Assembly: GCA_964575755.1 (NCBI GenBank)
Contig: CAZNRH010000002.1
Location: 6,107-70,106, forward strand
From: an uncultured Candidatus Saccharibacteria bacterium
GTDB taxonomy: Bacteria > Patescibacteriota > Minisyncoccia > Phycocordibacterales > JABMNX01
DNA: 64,000 nucleotides
Reading direction: 5' to 3'
Position numbers and translations under genes: made by a program. Shown here in pieces: positions 47,873 through 55,731 of this stretch (position 1 is the first letter of the stretch; each line of letters starts with the position of its first letter). Under the pieces are notes generated by a model. That model searched no databases and was not told where the DNA came from. It saw only the letters and a list, made by a program, of their open reading frames with translations.

Positions 47873-48799
47873 TTATAGGAATAGAAACAAAAATCCTGTC
47901 ACGATGATACTGATGGCTATGGTTTTTTGTATTTTATTTCGTCCAATTAAATTCTCACCACATGTTCTAGGAAGGAATTTCCCAATAGTCAAACTGATAA
48001 CAAGTAAGAAGACGAACTGTAACCCACCAAGCGCTTGTACAAGAGCAACACTACTTAAGTCCACAGCTTTAAGTAGTAAAAAGCCAGCAATACCCGCTAG
48101 AATTTTATTACCCACAATAAGTGTATTGCTTTTGTTTGAAGTTCTTTTGTAACAATCTCTGCAATCATTCCATTTTGGGATAAATAATATAAACGCCACA
48201 ATCACAATCCCTACTCGGGACCAAAAAAAAGCATTGTCAAACGTAGTTATATTAAATAAAAGTTTCATTAAAACAAAATGAAGAGCAAAAAATAGGCCTG
48301 AAGTAACTGTTATAAGCAATACCCCCCTTTTGAATCTATAATGAGAAAGAGCTAAAGCTCCTAGGACTAGCAACAGTATGCCGAAAAAAAAGGCAGGACT
48401 GAGTCTTGTGCCAAGAATATAAAACCCTAATGGCAAAGCAAAAAGTGCTGATGTTGAACCCACAACAGGAATAACATCTGACGCATCTGTACCACGAAGT
48501 GCGGTAAATAAGGACCAAAGTGCAAAGAAAAATGACAAACCAGACGCAATAGATAGAATTATTATTGAAGATGTTGGAAACTCTATATTTTGAATAGAAG
48601 GAATACTCAGTTCAGGTATAGGAATATTAATAAAACTAAATAAAAATACAAAAACGGAAAGTGTAGATAAAATACTTACAAAGAATGCATAGTACAAAGG
48701 GTGCGGCACTTTCCTTGTACTAATTATATATTTATCAATAAGTGCTACTACTGCATTTAAAAACTGCGCAATGACGATGATTACAATTGCAAAAGACAT
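47873..48799 (-). CDS. Polytopic membrane protein (about 10 TM), possibly a DMT/EamA-type transporter
   Basis: Ten hydrophobic helices in two similar halves; sits between two glycoside hydrolase genes. Confidence 0.4.
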   Translation of the reverse strand: MSFAIVIIVIAQFLNAVVALIDKYIISTRKVPHPLYYAFFVSILSTLSVFVFLFSFINIPIPELSIPSIQNIEFPTSSIIILSIASGLSFFFALWSLFTALRGTDASDVIPVVGSTSALFALPLGFYILGTRLSPAFFFGILLLVLGALALSHYRFKRGVLLITVTSGLFFALHFVLMKLLFNITTFDNAFFWSRVGIVIVAFILFIPKWNDCRDCYKRTSNKSNTLIVGNKILAGIAGFLLLKAVDLSSVALVQALGGLQFVFLLVISLTIGKFLPRTCGENLIGRNKIQKTIAISIIVTGFLFLFL

Positions 48800-48802
48800 A
48801 TA

Positions 48803-50062
48803 CTACAATTCTAACATGTTACTTTCACAGATTTTCTTATACACCTGTGCAGAAGACCGTATTGTTCTTTCTTTTGTTTTATAATCAACTTCAACTAAAC
48901 CAAATCTCGGCCAAAACCCCTTATCCCATTCAAAATTATCAAACAGTGACCAATGTAGATATCCACGTACATCAGCTCCATTTGAAATAGCTTCATGTAA
49001 GTACTTGAGTGATTCTAATATGAACCATTCTCGTCTTGAGTCGTCTGCGTCTGCCAGACCATGTTCTGTAACATAGATAGGGAGTTTATACTTCCTTAAC
49101 TCAGACGCCATTTTACCAAGTGATTCTGGATATAACTCCCAGCCTAAATCAGAAACTTTTTCATTTTCATTTTTATGAAATCCGTAATTAATGCGATTGT
49201 GATGATAATGATTAAGAGTTATTACATCCTGAAATCCCTTGATTTGTTTTAAGAACCAATCGTTCCACCACCAATCGGAAACTAACTTTAATAACCTGTT
49301 AACTACCCTGTTTTCGTACGCTTCGAAATATACATTATGTTTCGCTACACATACCTGCGCTTGTGGGGTTTTTTCTTTTATTACTATATATGCAGACTTA
49401 TGTGCTTTGACTAGATTACGTATAACTCGTCTGTATAAAAAGTAACTTTTCTTTTGTGGAGGCCACACGCCTTTTAGATAAGAAAGTGTAGAAAATACTT
49501 CTGGCTCATTTAATGTTATCCAGAATGTTATTTTATCTCCAAGTGTATCTGCTATTTTCTTGGCATATTTTTCAAAATATTTGTAAATATTCTTATTTTC
49601 CCATCCACCCTTTTCCTCAAGCCATACAGGAAGAGGCCAGTGCCATAATGTTACAAAAGGTTCTATACCTCGTTCGCGCAGTGCATGTAATACATCTAGG
49701 TAGTGCCCTATCTCCTTTTCATCAAACTTACCTTCTTCTGGTTCTATACGAGACCATTCAATAGAAAAGCGGTGCGTATTATGGGAAAGTGTCTTTGCTA
49801 TATCAAAATCTTCTTTAAACTTATTATAATGATCCGAGGCGTCGCCAGATATATAATTATCTTTCTCAAACATCTCTGGAAACCTATTCATATCGCGTGA
49901 CTCCCATTTTTTCCATACATCCGTGCCGTCTTTAGCTTCACTCGCTAATCGTTCAGCGTTCTTTTTCTCCCACTCACTCCAACTGTTGTGGTTATTACCC
50001 TCGACTTGATGGGCGGATGTTGATGCCCCCCAGTAAAATCCTTTAGGAAATATTAATTTCAT
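48803..50062 (-). CDS. GH1 family beta-glucosidase
   Basis: FPKGFYWGASTSAHQVEG N-terminal signature, TLNEP acid/base, YVTEHG nucleophile region; start moved to MKLIFPKG (50062) so the ORF does not run through the upstream palindrome. Confidence 0.85.
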   Translation of the reverse strand: MKLIFPKGFYWGASTSAHQVEGNNHNSWSEWEKKNAERLASEAKDGTDVWKKWESRDMNRFPEMFEKDNYISGDASDHYNKFKEDFDIAKTLSHNTHRFSIEWSRIEPEEGKFDEKEIGHYLDVLHALRERGIEPFVTLWHWPLPVWLEEKGGWENKNIYKYFEKYAKKIADTLGDKITFWITLNEPEVFSTLSYLKGVWPPQKKSYFLYRRVIRNLVKAHKSAYIVIKEKTPQAQVCVAKHNVYFEAYENRVVNRLLKLVSDWWWNDWFLKQIKGFQDVITLNHYHHNRINYGFHKNENEKVSDLGWELYPESLGKMASELRKYKLPIYVTEHGLADADDSRREWFILESLKYLHEAISNGADVRGYLHWSLFDNFEWDKGFWPRFGLVEVDYKTKERTIRSSAQVYKKICESNMLEL

Positions 50063-50081
50063 TAGGTTAGTATACCAAAAC

Positions 50082-50129
50082 AAGCCATAAAAAATGCCCC
50101 AGGTACCTGGGGCATTTTTTATGGCTTGT
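50082..50129 (-). repeat. 48-nt perfect palindrome / bidirectional terminator (CAAGCCATAAAAAATGCCCCAGGTACCTGGGGCATTTTTTATGGCTTG)
   Basis: Perfect inverted repeat centred on GGTACC with A6/T6 arms, between dsbB-like stop and bgl start; second copy at 36982-37032. Confidence 0.55.
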
Positions 50130-50669
50130 TTAGGCTCTTTTTGAACTCCCAACTATCATCATAATAATTATGATAAGTGCAAAGATTGAAAATGACATCA
50201 GAGGGAATGTGATATATCCAAACTCAAACAGAATTCGTTTAGCACAATCTGCACCAGCTCCAACCGCAGGGCACCCTATTACTTCTGTACCGCCCATTTG
50301 TAGGTAATGTTGATAGAGCGCAATAATAGACCCTATGGCAGATAGTGATATAAGATAATCTGAAACCATCACACCCTGCTTCTTAATGATTGCTATTCCC
50401 GCTAAAAGAAGCTGTGGGTATAAAACTACACGCTGCAACCAACACAATCCACATGGTACAAAGCCAAATATTTCAGAATACAGAAGACTGAAAGACACGC
50501 CACCTAATGTTAATAGAAATACTATATGAATTCCGTATTTTCCTAAAAAACTTAAAATTGGAGAATCTTTTTTAAAGAAAAATAATATAAGGAGAATTAT
50601 GACTGCTACCTGCATAAACAGAGCCCCGAGTGCTAAAAGAAAATTAAGTTGTGATACTATTTCTAACAT
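50130..50669 (-). CDS. Disulfide-bond formation protein B (BdbC/DsbB family)
   Basis: 4 TM helices; Cys pair in CGLCWLQR (BdbC-type CxxC) and second pair CPAVGAGADC in the periplasmic loop. Confidence 0.7.
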   Translation of the reverse strand: MLEIVSQLNFLLALGALFMQVAVIILLILFFFKKDSPILSFLGKYGIHIVFLLTLGGVSFSLLYSEIFGFVPCGLCWLQRVVLYPQLLLAGIAIIKKQGVMVSDYLISLSAIGSIIALYQHYLQMGGTEVIGCPAVGAGADCAKRILFEFGYITFPLMSFSIFALIIIIMMIVGSSKRA

Positions 50670-50683
50670 ATTTTATTATCTAT

Positions 50684-51058
50684 TTATTGTGTAATTTCAC
50701 ATCCTGTCTTCTCTGACAACGTCTCAAAAGAAAGTACTCCAAGCAATCTACTACCGTCTGCAAACTCCCATGTTGGATATGCCGTTATACCAGCGTCTTT
50801 ACAGACTTGTAGTTGGTTTTGTCCATTTGGTGTTGAACACTCTGTGTAATCTATAAACTTCTTAGACTTTCCAAATAAGTCATTCTGTTTCTGACAATTA
50901 GGGCACCAGAAAGCGCCAAAGTATTTCACATTATTATTTGTTAAGCACTGTGCAAATTCGTCATACTGTCCTGGCGTAACTGCATCATTGTAGTAATACC
51001 ACCCAAATAAAAGTACAACTACTACAAGAACCCCTATTATTATATTTTTTGTTTTCAT
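50684..51058 (-). CDS. Membrane-anchored thioredoxin-fold thiol-disulfide oxidoreductase (BdbD/DsbA-like)
   Basis: N-terminal TM anchor; thioredoxin CxxC motif FWCPNCQ; additional Cys pair. Confidence 0.65.
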   Translation of the reverse strand: MKTKNIIIGVLVVVVLLFGWYYYNDAVTPGQYDEFAQCLTNNNVKYFGAFWCPNCQKQNDLFGKSKKFIDYTECSTPNGQNQLQVCKDAGITAYPTWEFADGSRLLGVLSFETLSEKTGCEITQ

Positions 51059-51077
51059 ATATTATTTAACTAATTTT

Positions 51078-51584
51078 TTAAGGAATAATACAAAATGCAG
51101 GATCGGTACAATCTACTCCAGCAAAAGTACCATCTATGTCTACATCAAGTGCTTCTTGTTCTATTTGTTCAAGAACTGCTTTAAGTAAATATCCTGCACA
51201 CAACCCTGACGAGCACACACCTCCATTATAATTTGTCCCTTGATATGAGTATGAATAAACACCCCTATTGAGAGGATCAATGGGCATAACTCTGATATAA
51301 CCTCCATCTGTAAGAACTGTGAACGTGTCTCCTGGAGGATAAAGTCCGTTAGTGTCGGCACCATAAAGCTCTAACGCATTCTTTATTTGTTGGAGGTCTT
51401 CAAAACGTCTACTGTCACGGCTTTTTTCACGTGCATCACTAAGAATAACCATACTAATACTGGTAAGAAATCCAATAATTGCTATCACAACCAAAAGTTC
51501 TATAAGTGTAAATCCCCGTCCACCTCGCAAGCGAGAGCGTTGCGGATTAGTATTTTTTTTATAATCTTTTTTAAAGAAAAACAT
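51078..51584 (-). CDS. Type IV pilin / pseudopilin with N-terminal methylation motif
   Basis: Class III signal GFTLIELLVVIAIIGFL; C-terminal domain with two Cys pairs (CSSGLC, CTDPAFC). Confidence 0.75.
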   Translation of the reverse strand: MFFFKKDYKKNTNPQRSRLRGGRGFTLIELLVVIAIIGFLTSISMVILSDAREKSRDSRRFEDLQQIKNALELYGADTNGLYPPGDTFTVLTDGGYIRVMPIDPLNRGVYSYSYQGTNYNGGVCSSGLCAGYLLKAVLEQIEQEALDVDIDGTFAGVDCTDPAFCIIP

Positions 51585-51688
51585 ACAAGTTATTGTAGTG
51601 ATTTAAACAATACGGTTCGTACAAATAAAAACTTACTGCACCCTCAAGGAGTACTCAAGATTCCTAGAGTGTTATCACACTAAGGAAT

Positions 51689-51784
51689 CTACTGCATTTC
51701 GTGTGGACGCAGACCTTTTTTAGTCTTGTTTTTCTTAGATTCACTCTTTTTTTCTTTCTTCTGTTTATCTCTTCCTTTTGCCAT
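51689..51784 (-). CDS. Possible Lys-rich 31-aa micro-protein (MAKGRDKQKKEKKSESKKNKTKKGLRPHEMQ)
   Basis: Hand-translated; no clear RBS; coding status doubtful. Confidence 0.2.
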   Translation of the reverse strand: MAKGRDKQKKEKKSESKKNKTKKGLRPHEMQ

Positions 51785-51839
51785 ATACAGATATTATACA
51801 TCATTTAAAATACAAAAACCGCCAATCTGTTGATTGACG

Positions 51840-52160
51840 GAATGGATTGGGGGGGGATGCTCATACTTACAGAAGTTGTGATGTTAAATACAAAACAATC
51901 ATCTCAAGTGCAATGGCTCCACCCCCGATCCCTTTTCAAATGGACTGGATGCATAGCTTGGGCTTGAAGACGGGCAAGGTATCAACCTATCGCATCCTCA
52001 AGAAATCCAAGTGGTCTCTGTCCGAGGTGACACACACCTCTTTTTTGTTTTTCGACTTGTACTGTAAGGTTATTTAATTAACCTCTCTCGGCAGACGTCG
52101 TCCTCACCGACGCGCCAAGAGAAGCCTTCTTGGATTTGCATCCTCAAACACTCCCCTTAG
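51840..52160. ncRNA. GC-rich, possibly structured non-coding region of unknown identity
   Basis: Locally elevated GC in an AT-rich genome; no credible ORF; long-range complementarity (AAATCCAAG 52004-52012 with CTTGGATTT 52124-52132), direct repeat GCATCCTCAA x2, GC hairpin CGTCG-tcctcac-CGACG. Confidence 0.2.
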
Positions 52161-52220
52161 TTCCTCCATAAAGATATCATAACTAAATATAAATGTCAAG
52201 TGTTTGTTGTTCTACTACAA

Positions 52221-52598
52221 CTACTCAAACTCAAACAAGATTTCATTAAAATTCTTTATTTTGTTATTTTTCTCTATCTCGATTCCCTCTTTTTTATAAA
52301 GTTTCATTCGTTCTGTTTTATATTTATCATTAACCCAGATCCGTCCATCTGCATACACTATTCGATGAAATGGAACGTTAGGATTATTTTTTGATGCTTT
52401 TGATAGTATTCCTGTAATACTTTGTGAAGACATTGCTCCGCCTCCCGAAGCACGAGCTATCCTACCATACGTCGTCACATGTCCTTTTGGTATAGAAAGC
52501 GCAACACGTAGTACACGATCACTGAAAGTTATTTCTTTATGTTTTGATTTATGTATACTTTGCATTTTACATAAGCTTAACGCAGAAATATAAAACAA
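52221..52598 (-). CDS. Alkyltransferase-like (ATL) MGMT-fold protein lacking the active-site cysteine
   Basis: MGMT C-domain HTH (TYGRIARASGG) and motif NVPFHRIV where canonical PCHRV has Phe in place of Cys. Confidence 0.6.
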   Translation of the reverse strand: MFYISALSLCKMQSIHKSKHKEITFSDRVLRVALSIPKGHVTTYGRIARASGGGAMSSQSITGILSKASKNNPNVPFHRIVYADGRIWVNDKYKTERMKLYKKEGIEIEKNNKIKNFNEILFEFE

Positions 52599-52788
52599 AA
52601 AACACCGCTTGCGCAGTGCTTCTTGTTTGCCCTAAACATCTATCGATCCTGTTGCATATCGAGTGGTTTCTCTCTTGCGAAATCAACCGTCAATGTTCAA
52701 GTAGTAAAATTATACTAATAACAGAAATATTTGCAAACCACCGTTTGTGTAAATCCTGTGTATATGTTGTGTATAACTCTATTTATTA

Positions 52789-52974
52789 TTATTGATACTT
52801 CGCAGCGTCATCCTTAGACATAAACTTGAACATGTTTCCTCCGCAAGTTGTACACTGTCCTTTAGCAGAAAAACGATTATTTTTTTCTGATATAACAATA
52901 TCTTTCATTACTTGCATTGTTGGCTTCTTGTTTTCATCTCGACACCTCATGCAAAGTCCTTTTAATTCATCCAT
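52789..52974 (-). CDS. Small 4-Cys zinc-ribbon protein
   Basis: CMRC...CTTCGG pairs in 61 aa. Confidence 0.35.
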   Translation of the reverse strand: MDELKGLCMRCRDENKKPTMQVMKDIVISEKNNRFSAKGQCTTCGGNMFKFMSKDDAAKYQ

Positions 52975-53130
52975 ATAATATATGTTAACTTAATATTTAA
53001 TAAACACTGTATTAAACAGAGTATACTAAATAGACAGCTAATGCACGCATTTTACACTGCTTTATGTATTTAAGCCTTTATATAAGCCATATATATACTT
53101 TTAATTTCAACAAAATTGCCTAAATAAATA

Positions 53131-54321
53131 TTATGTAATATTTTTATTTACTTTTATGTTTTTTATTGAGTATTCTTTGTTTAAATAAATCTTATTCATT
53201 ATTTTATTTACAGACCATCCAACAAATGCAAGGATTGCAAAATAATAGACGCCATTTAATGTAAATGACGGTAGCTCGGTTTTTGAAAAAAGCCCAAGTA
53301 ATGTAGCACCAACCCCCATAGAGGTTACTACTGTTAGGTTTTTAATAGAGTTGCTCGTTGCCTTTGCTTGCAAATCTCCAAAAACATTTAAGGCGGAATC
53401 AACATAAGACCGAGTCATACCCCAAATCTCTTTCACATACGACAACGTGTCACTTAATGTATCGTATTTAAACTGCAACACATCAGCAAACTTCTCCATT
53501 TGAGGATTATTCTTAATTATGCTACCTCTTGTATTAATATATGCCCCCATTTGGTTGATACGAGTACCAATCATACTGATTGATTTATTATATCCCTCTA
53601 TCTTCTCTTTAAAACCTCTTATTTCTTTTCCTCTTATAGAACCTCGTTCCTTCACTTCTGCAATATTTTCCCAAATAACACGATGAAGATTCAAATATCT
53701 ATGCATTTGCCCTTTAAACTCTCTAATAAAGATTTGTTCACCTATAAACCGCTCTATTGACTCGAGTGACTCCCCGAGTAAATTGACTATATATAAAGTA
53801 TCTCCCCTATACACTTCAAAAGTATCTTTCTTAATCTCAAAGTGTTTCTTTTGGTTAAAATCATCCAAAAGTGTATTTATATTACCTTCATGTGCATTAT
53901 CAAGCACGATAAAATATGGATATACTGTTTTTATATTTGCGAGCTCTTTAGGAATAGGAGCGCCAAGACTAAATATATACGAAATACCTTCAGAAAGTTC
54001 GTTCTCATAATATGAAGAAAGGAGTTCCATACCATTTTTTATATCCTCAATCTTATTGGTATCGTGACTCAGCACAATAAGACCATCTTCGTATATCTTA
54101 AAAGAGATATTATTTTTTGCTATCACGTGCAGATATTCAAACTCCTCATGAACATCCTTTACACTAATAATATTAAGATTATCTCTTAAGGTTTTTAATT
54201 TGTTTTTATCAAGGTCAAGTGGTGACTCAGCAGTGGTCAAGAAATCATATATCTCAGATAAATGAAGTGTCGTGCGTTGAAACCAGCTTCCAATAAAAAT
54301 TTTCTTTACTTTCATATCCAT
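53131..54321 (-). CDS. Hypothetical protein with large cytoplasmic domain and two C-terminal TM helices (CorA-like topology, no GMN motif)
   Basis: Long helical region then KNLTVVTSMGVGATLLGLF-loop-TLNGVYYFAILAFVGW and a KK-rich tail, resembling CorA/ZntB layout; GLF where CorA has GMN. Confidence 0.4.
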   Translation of the reverse strand: MDMKVKKIFIGSWFQRTTLHLSEIYDFLTTAESPLDLDKNKLKTLRDNLNIISVKDVHEEFEYLHVIAKNNISFKIYEDGLIVLSHDTNKIEDIKNGMELLSSYYENELSEGISYIFSLGAPIPKELANIKTVYPYFIVLDNAHEGNINTLLDDFNQKKHFEIKKDTFEVYRGDTLYIVNLLGESLESIERFIGEQIFIREFKGQMHRYLNLHRVIWENIAEVKERGSIRGKEIRGFKEKIEGYNKSISMIGTRINQMGAYINTRGSIIKNNPQMEKFADVLQFKYDTLSDTLSYVKEIWGMTRSYVDSALNVFGDLQAKATSNSIKNLTVVTSMGVGATLLGLFSKTELPSFTLNGVYYFAILAFVGWSVNKIMNKIYLNKEYSIKNIKVNKNIT

Positions 54322-54408
54322 TATAATAATGTTAATTGTCTAACTACACAAATAAATTACAGTAGTAAGTATGCTCACGAAGTATAATTTTCAATCGTGT
54401 CACTCATA

Positions 54409-54945
54409 TTACTCACACACCAAAGGTTCCTTTATCTTTTTCAAGATTATGTAAGAAGAATAAATAAGTAAACCTACACCAAGAAAGCCAAACTCTTCAC
54501 CTCCAAAAGGTAAATAGACAAGTAAGCCACTTGCTCCAAATAAGGCTAATATTGAAGTGAATACAAATGTACCACATGTAGCACAGCCAATACCAAACAC
54601 TCCACTAACCAAGCCCCCTACACTCAAAGTAGTACCAGATGCTAAACTTTTTGTTTGTCTACTACGTATATAATAAACCAAAAGTGAGATATTTATACCA
54701 AACAGTACAGCTATAATAATCGTATAGCTTGCAGAAATAGCCGTAAAATTTGTTTGTATAGACCCAACAAAACTAAACATGAAACCTATTTTGTCTGTAA
54801 TAGGTACACTGGAATTAAATACTATGTCAATTACCAAACTGACGTTTGATAGCCACACCGCCAATACAAATATCACTACTGCAATAATAACTGCAGTAGC
54901 TATATATTTTATCTGAGAGAAAACCTTTTTAAAAGTATTTAACAC
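54409..54945 (-). CDS. Membrane protein with intramembrane CxxC (CATCGT)
   Basis: About 5 TM helices; Cys pair inside a TM helix; last gene of the CsoR-headed operon. Confidence 0.45.
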   Translation of the reverse strand: MLNTFKKVFSQIKYIATAVIIAVVIFVLAVWLSNVSLVIDIVFNSSVPITDKIGFMFSFVGSIQTNFTAISASYTIIIAVLFGINISLLVYYIRSRQTKSLASGTTLSVGGLVSGVFGIGCATCGTFVFTSILALFGASGLLVYLPFGGEEFGFLGVGLLIYSSYIILKKIKEPLVCE

Positions 54946-54947
54946 AA

Positions 54948-55697
54948 TTATTTTTTCTCTTTTAGAGCTATTTCAATAAGTTGTTTTACTGTTGAGTACG
55001 GCTGAGCACCAGAAAGTGGAAATGTTGTCTTGCTTTTTTCCGCGATAACTATACTCCACGGAGTACCTCTGGCTCCAGTCTCAATTGCATTATCTATATT
55101 GTCTTGTATGTGCTTATCATACTTCCCGCTATTCATACATGCACTAAATTTCTGCTCATCTATAGCAAGCTCTCTGACTATTTGAGGAATAACCACTTCA
55201 ATATTGATTTGATTGTTAGATGGTGTTAACTCAAACAATCTATCAGCGAATTTCCAAAACACATCATTACCACCTATCTCATTAGCGCACTCTGTCGCAA
55301 CTGCCTCAACGCGCGCTTTCACTGGATGTAATTGATCAATTGGAAAATGTCTATATACCCAAGCCACTTGTCCATCTGGACCATACTCATCCATGATTTG
55401 GTTCATTGTAACGTGGAATGACTTACAGAAAGGACACTCAAAATCAGAATATTCAACAATTTTTACGGGAGCATTTGGATTTCCTAATATATGATCTTCG
55501 TTTGTTACAGGGCGGACACTGTCAGTAGGGCTTACCTCTTTCGACACACTGTTTCCATTACTATACACCACTGCAAATGCTATAAGGGCTCCAGCTATTA
55601 CAATCGCAACTGGAACGAAAATATTATTCTTTGTCTCTTGCTCTTGATACTCTTCTTTGTTTTCTATATTTACAGTCTGATCTTCCATGGTACTCAA
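54948..55697 (-). CDS. Membrane-anchored DsbA-family thiol:disulfide oxidoreductase
   Basis: TM anchor then thioredoxin fold with CPFC active site (YSDFECPFCKSFH) and DsbA-type helical insertion. Confidence 0.7.
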   Translation of the reverse strand: MSTMEDQTVNIENKEEYQEQETKNNIFVPVAIVIAGALIAFAVVYSNGNSVSKEVSPTDSVRPVTNEDHILGNPNAPVKIVEYSDFECPFCKSFHVTMNQIMDEYGPDGQVAWVYRHFPIDQLHPVKARVEAVATECANEIGGNDVFWKFADRLFELTPSNNQINIEVVIPQIVRELAIDEQKFSACMNSGKYDKHIQDNIDNAIETGARGTPWSIVIAEKSKTTFPLSGAQPYSTVKQLIEIALKEKK

Positions 55698-55731
55698 TTT
55701 TACTTATTTTTATTATATATAATAGCCCCTA

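Noticed and set aside
50090-50152. ORF-track N-terminal extension of the GH1 gene (MGVQKEPKQAIKNAPGTWGIF...)
   Set aside because: The extension is a translation of the 48-nt palindromic terminator; the true start is the downstream MKLIFPKGFYWGAS.
51847-52077. 76-aa plus-strand ORF in the GC-rich intergenic core
   Set aside because: No RBS and Pro-rich nonsense; the region looks like structured RNA rather than coding sequence.
51840-52160. Tested the GC-rich region by eye against tmRNA, RNase P RNA and SRP RNA signatures
   Set aside because: No GGGG...UUCGAC tmRNA 5' end or tRNA-like 3' end, no P4 GGAAAGUCCGG / ACAGAACCCGGCUUA of RNase P, and no GGAAGCAGC SRP domain IV motif; identity left open.
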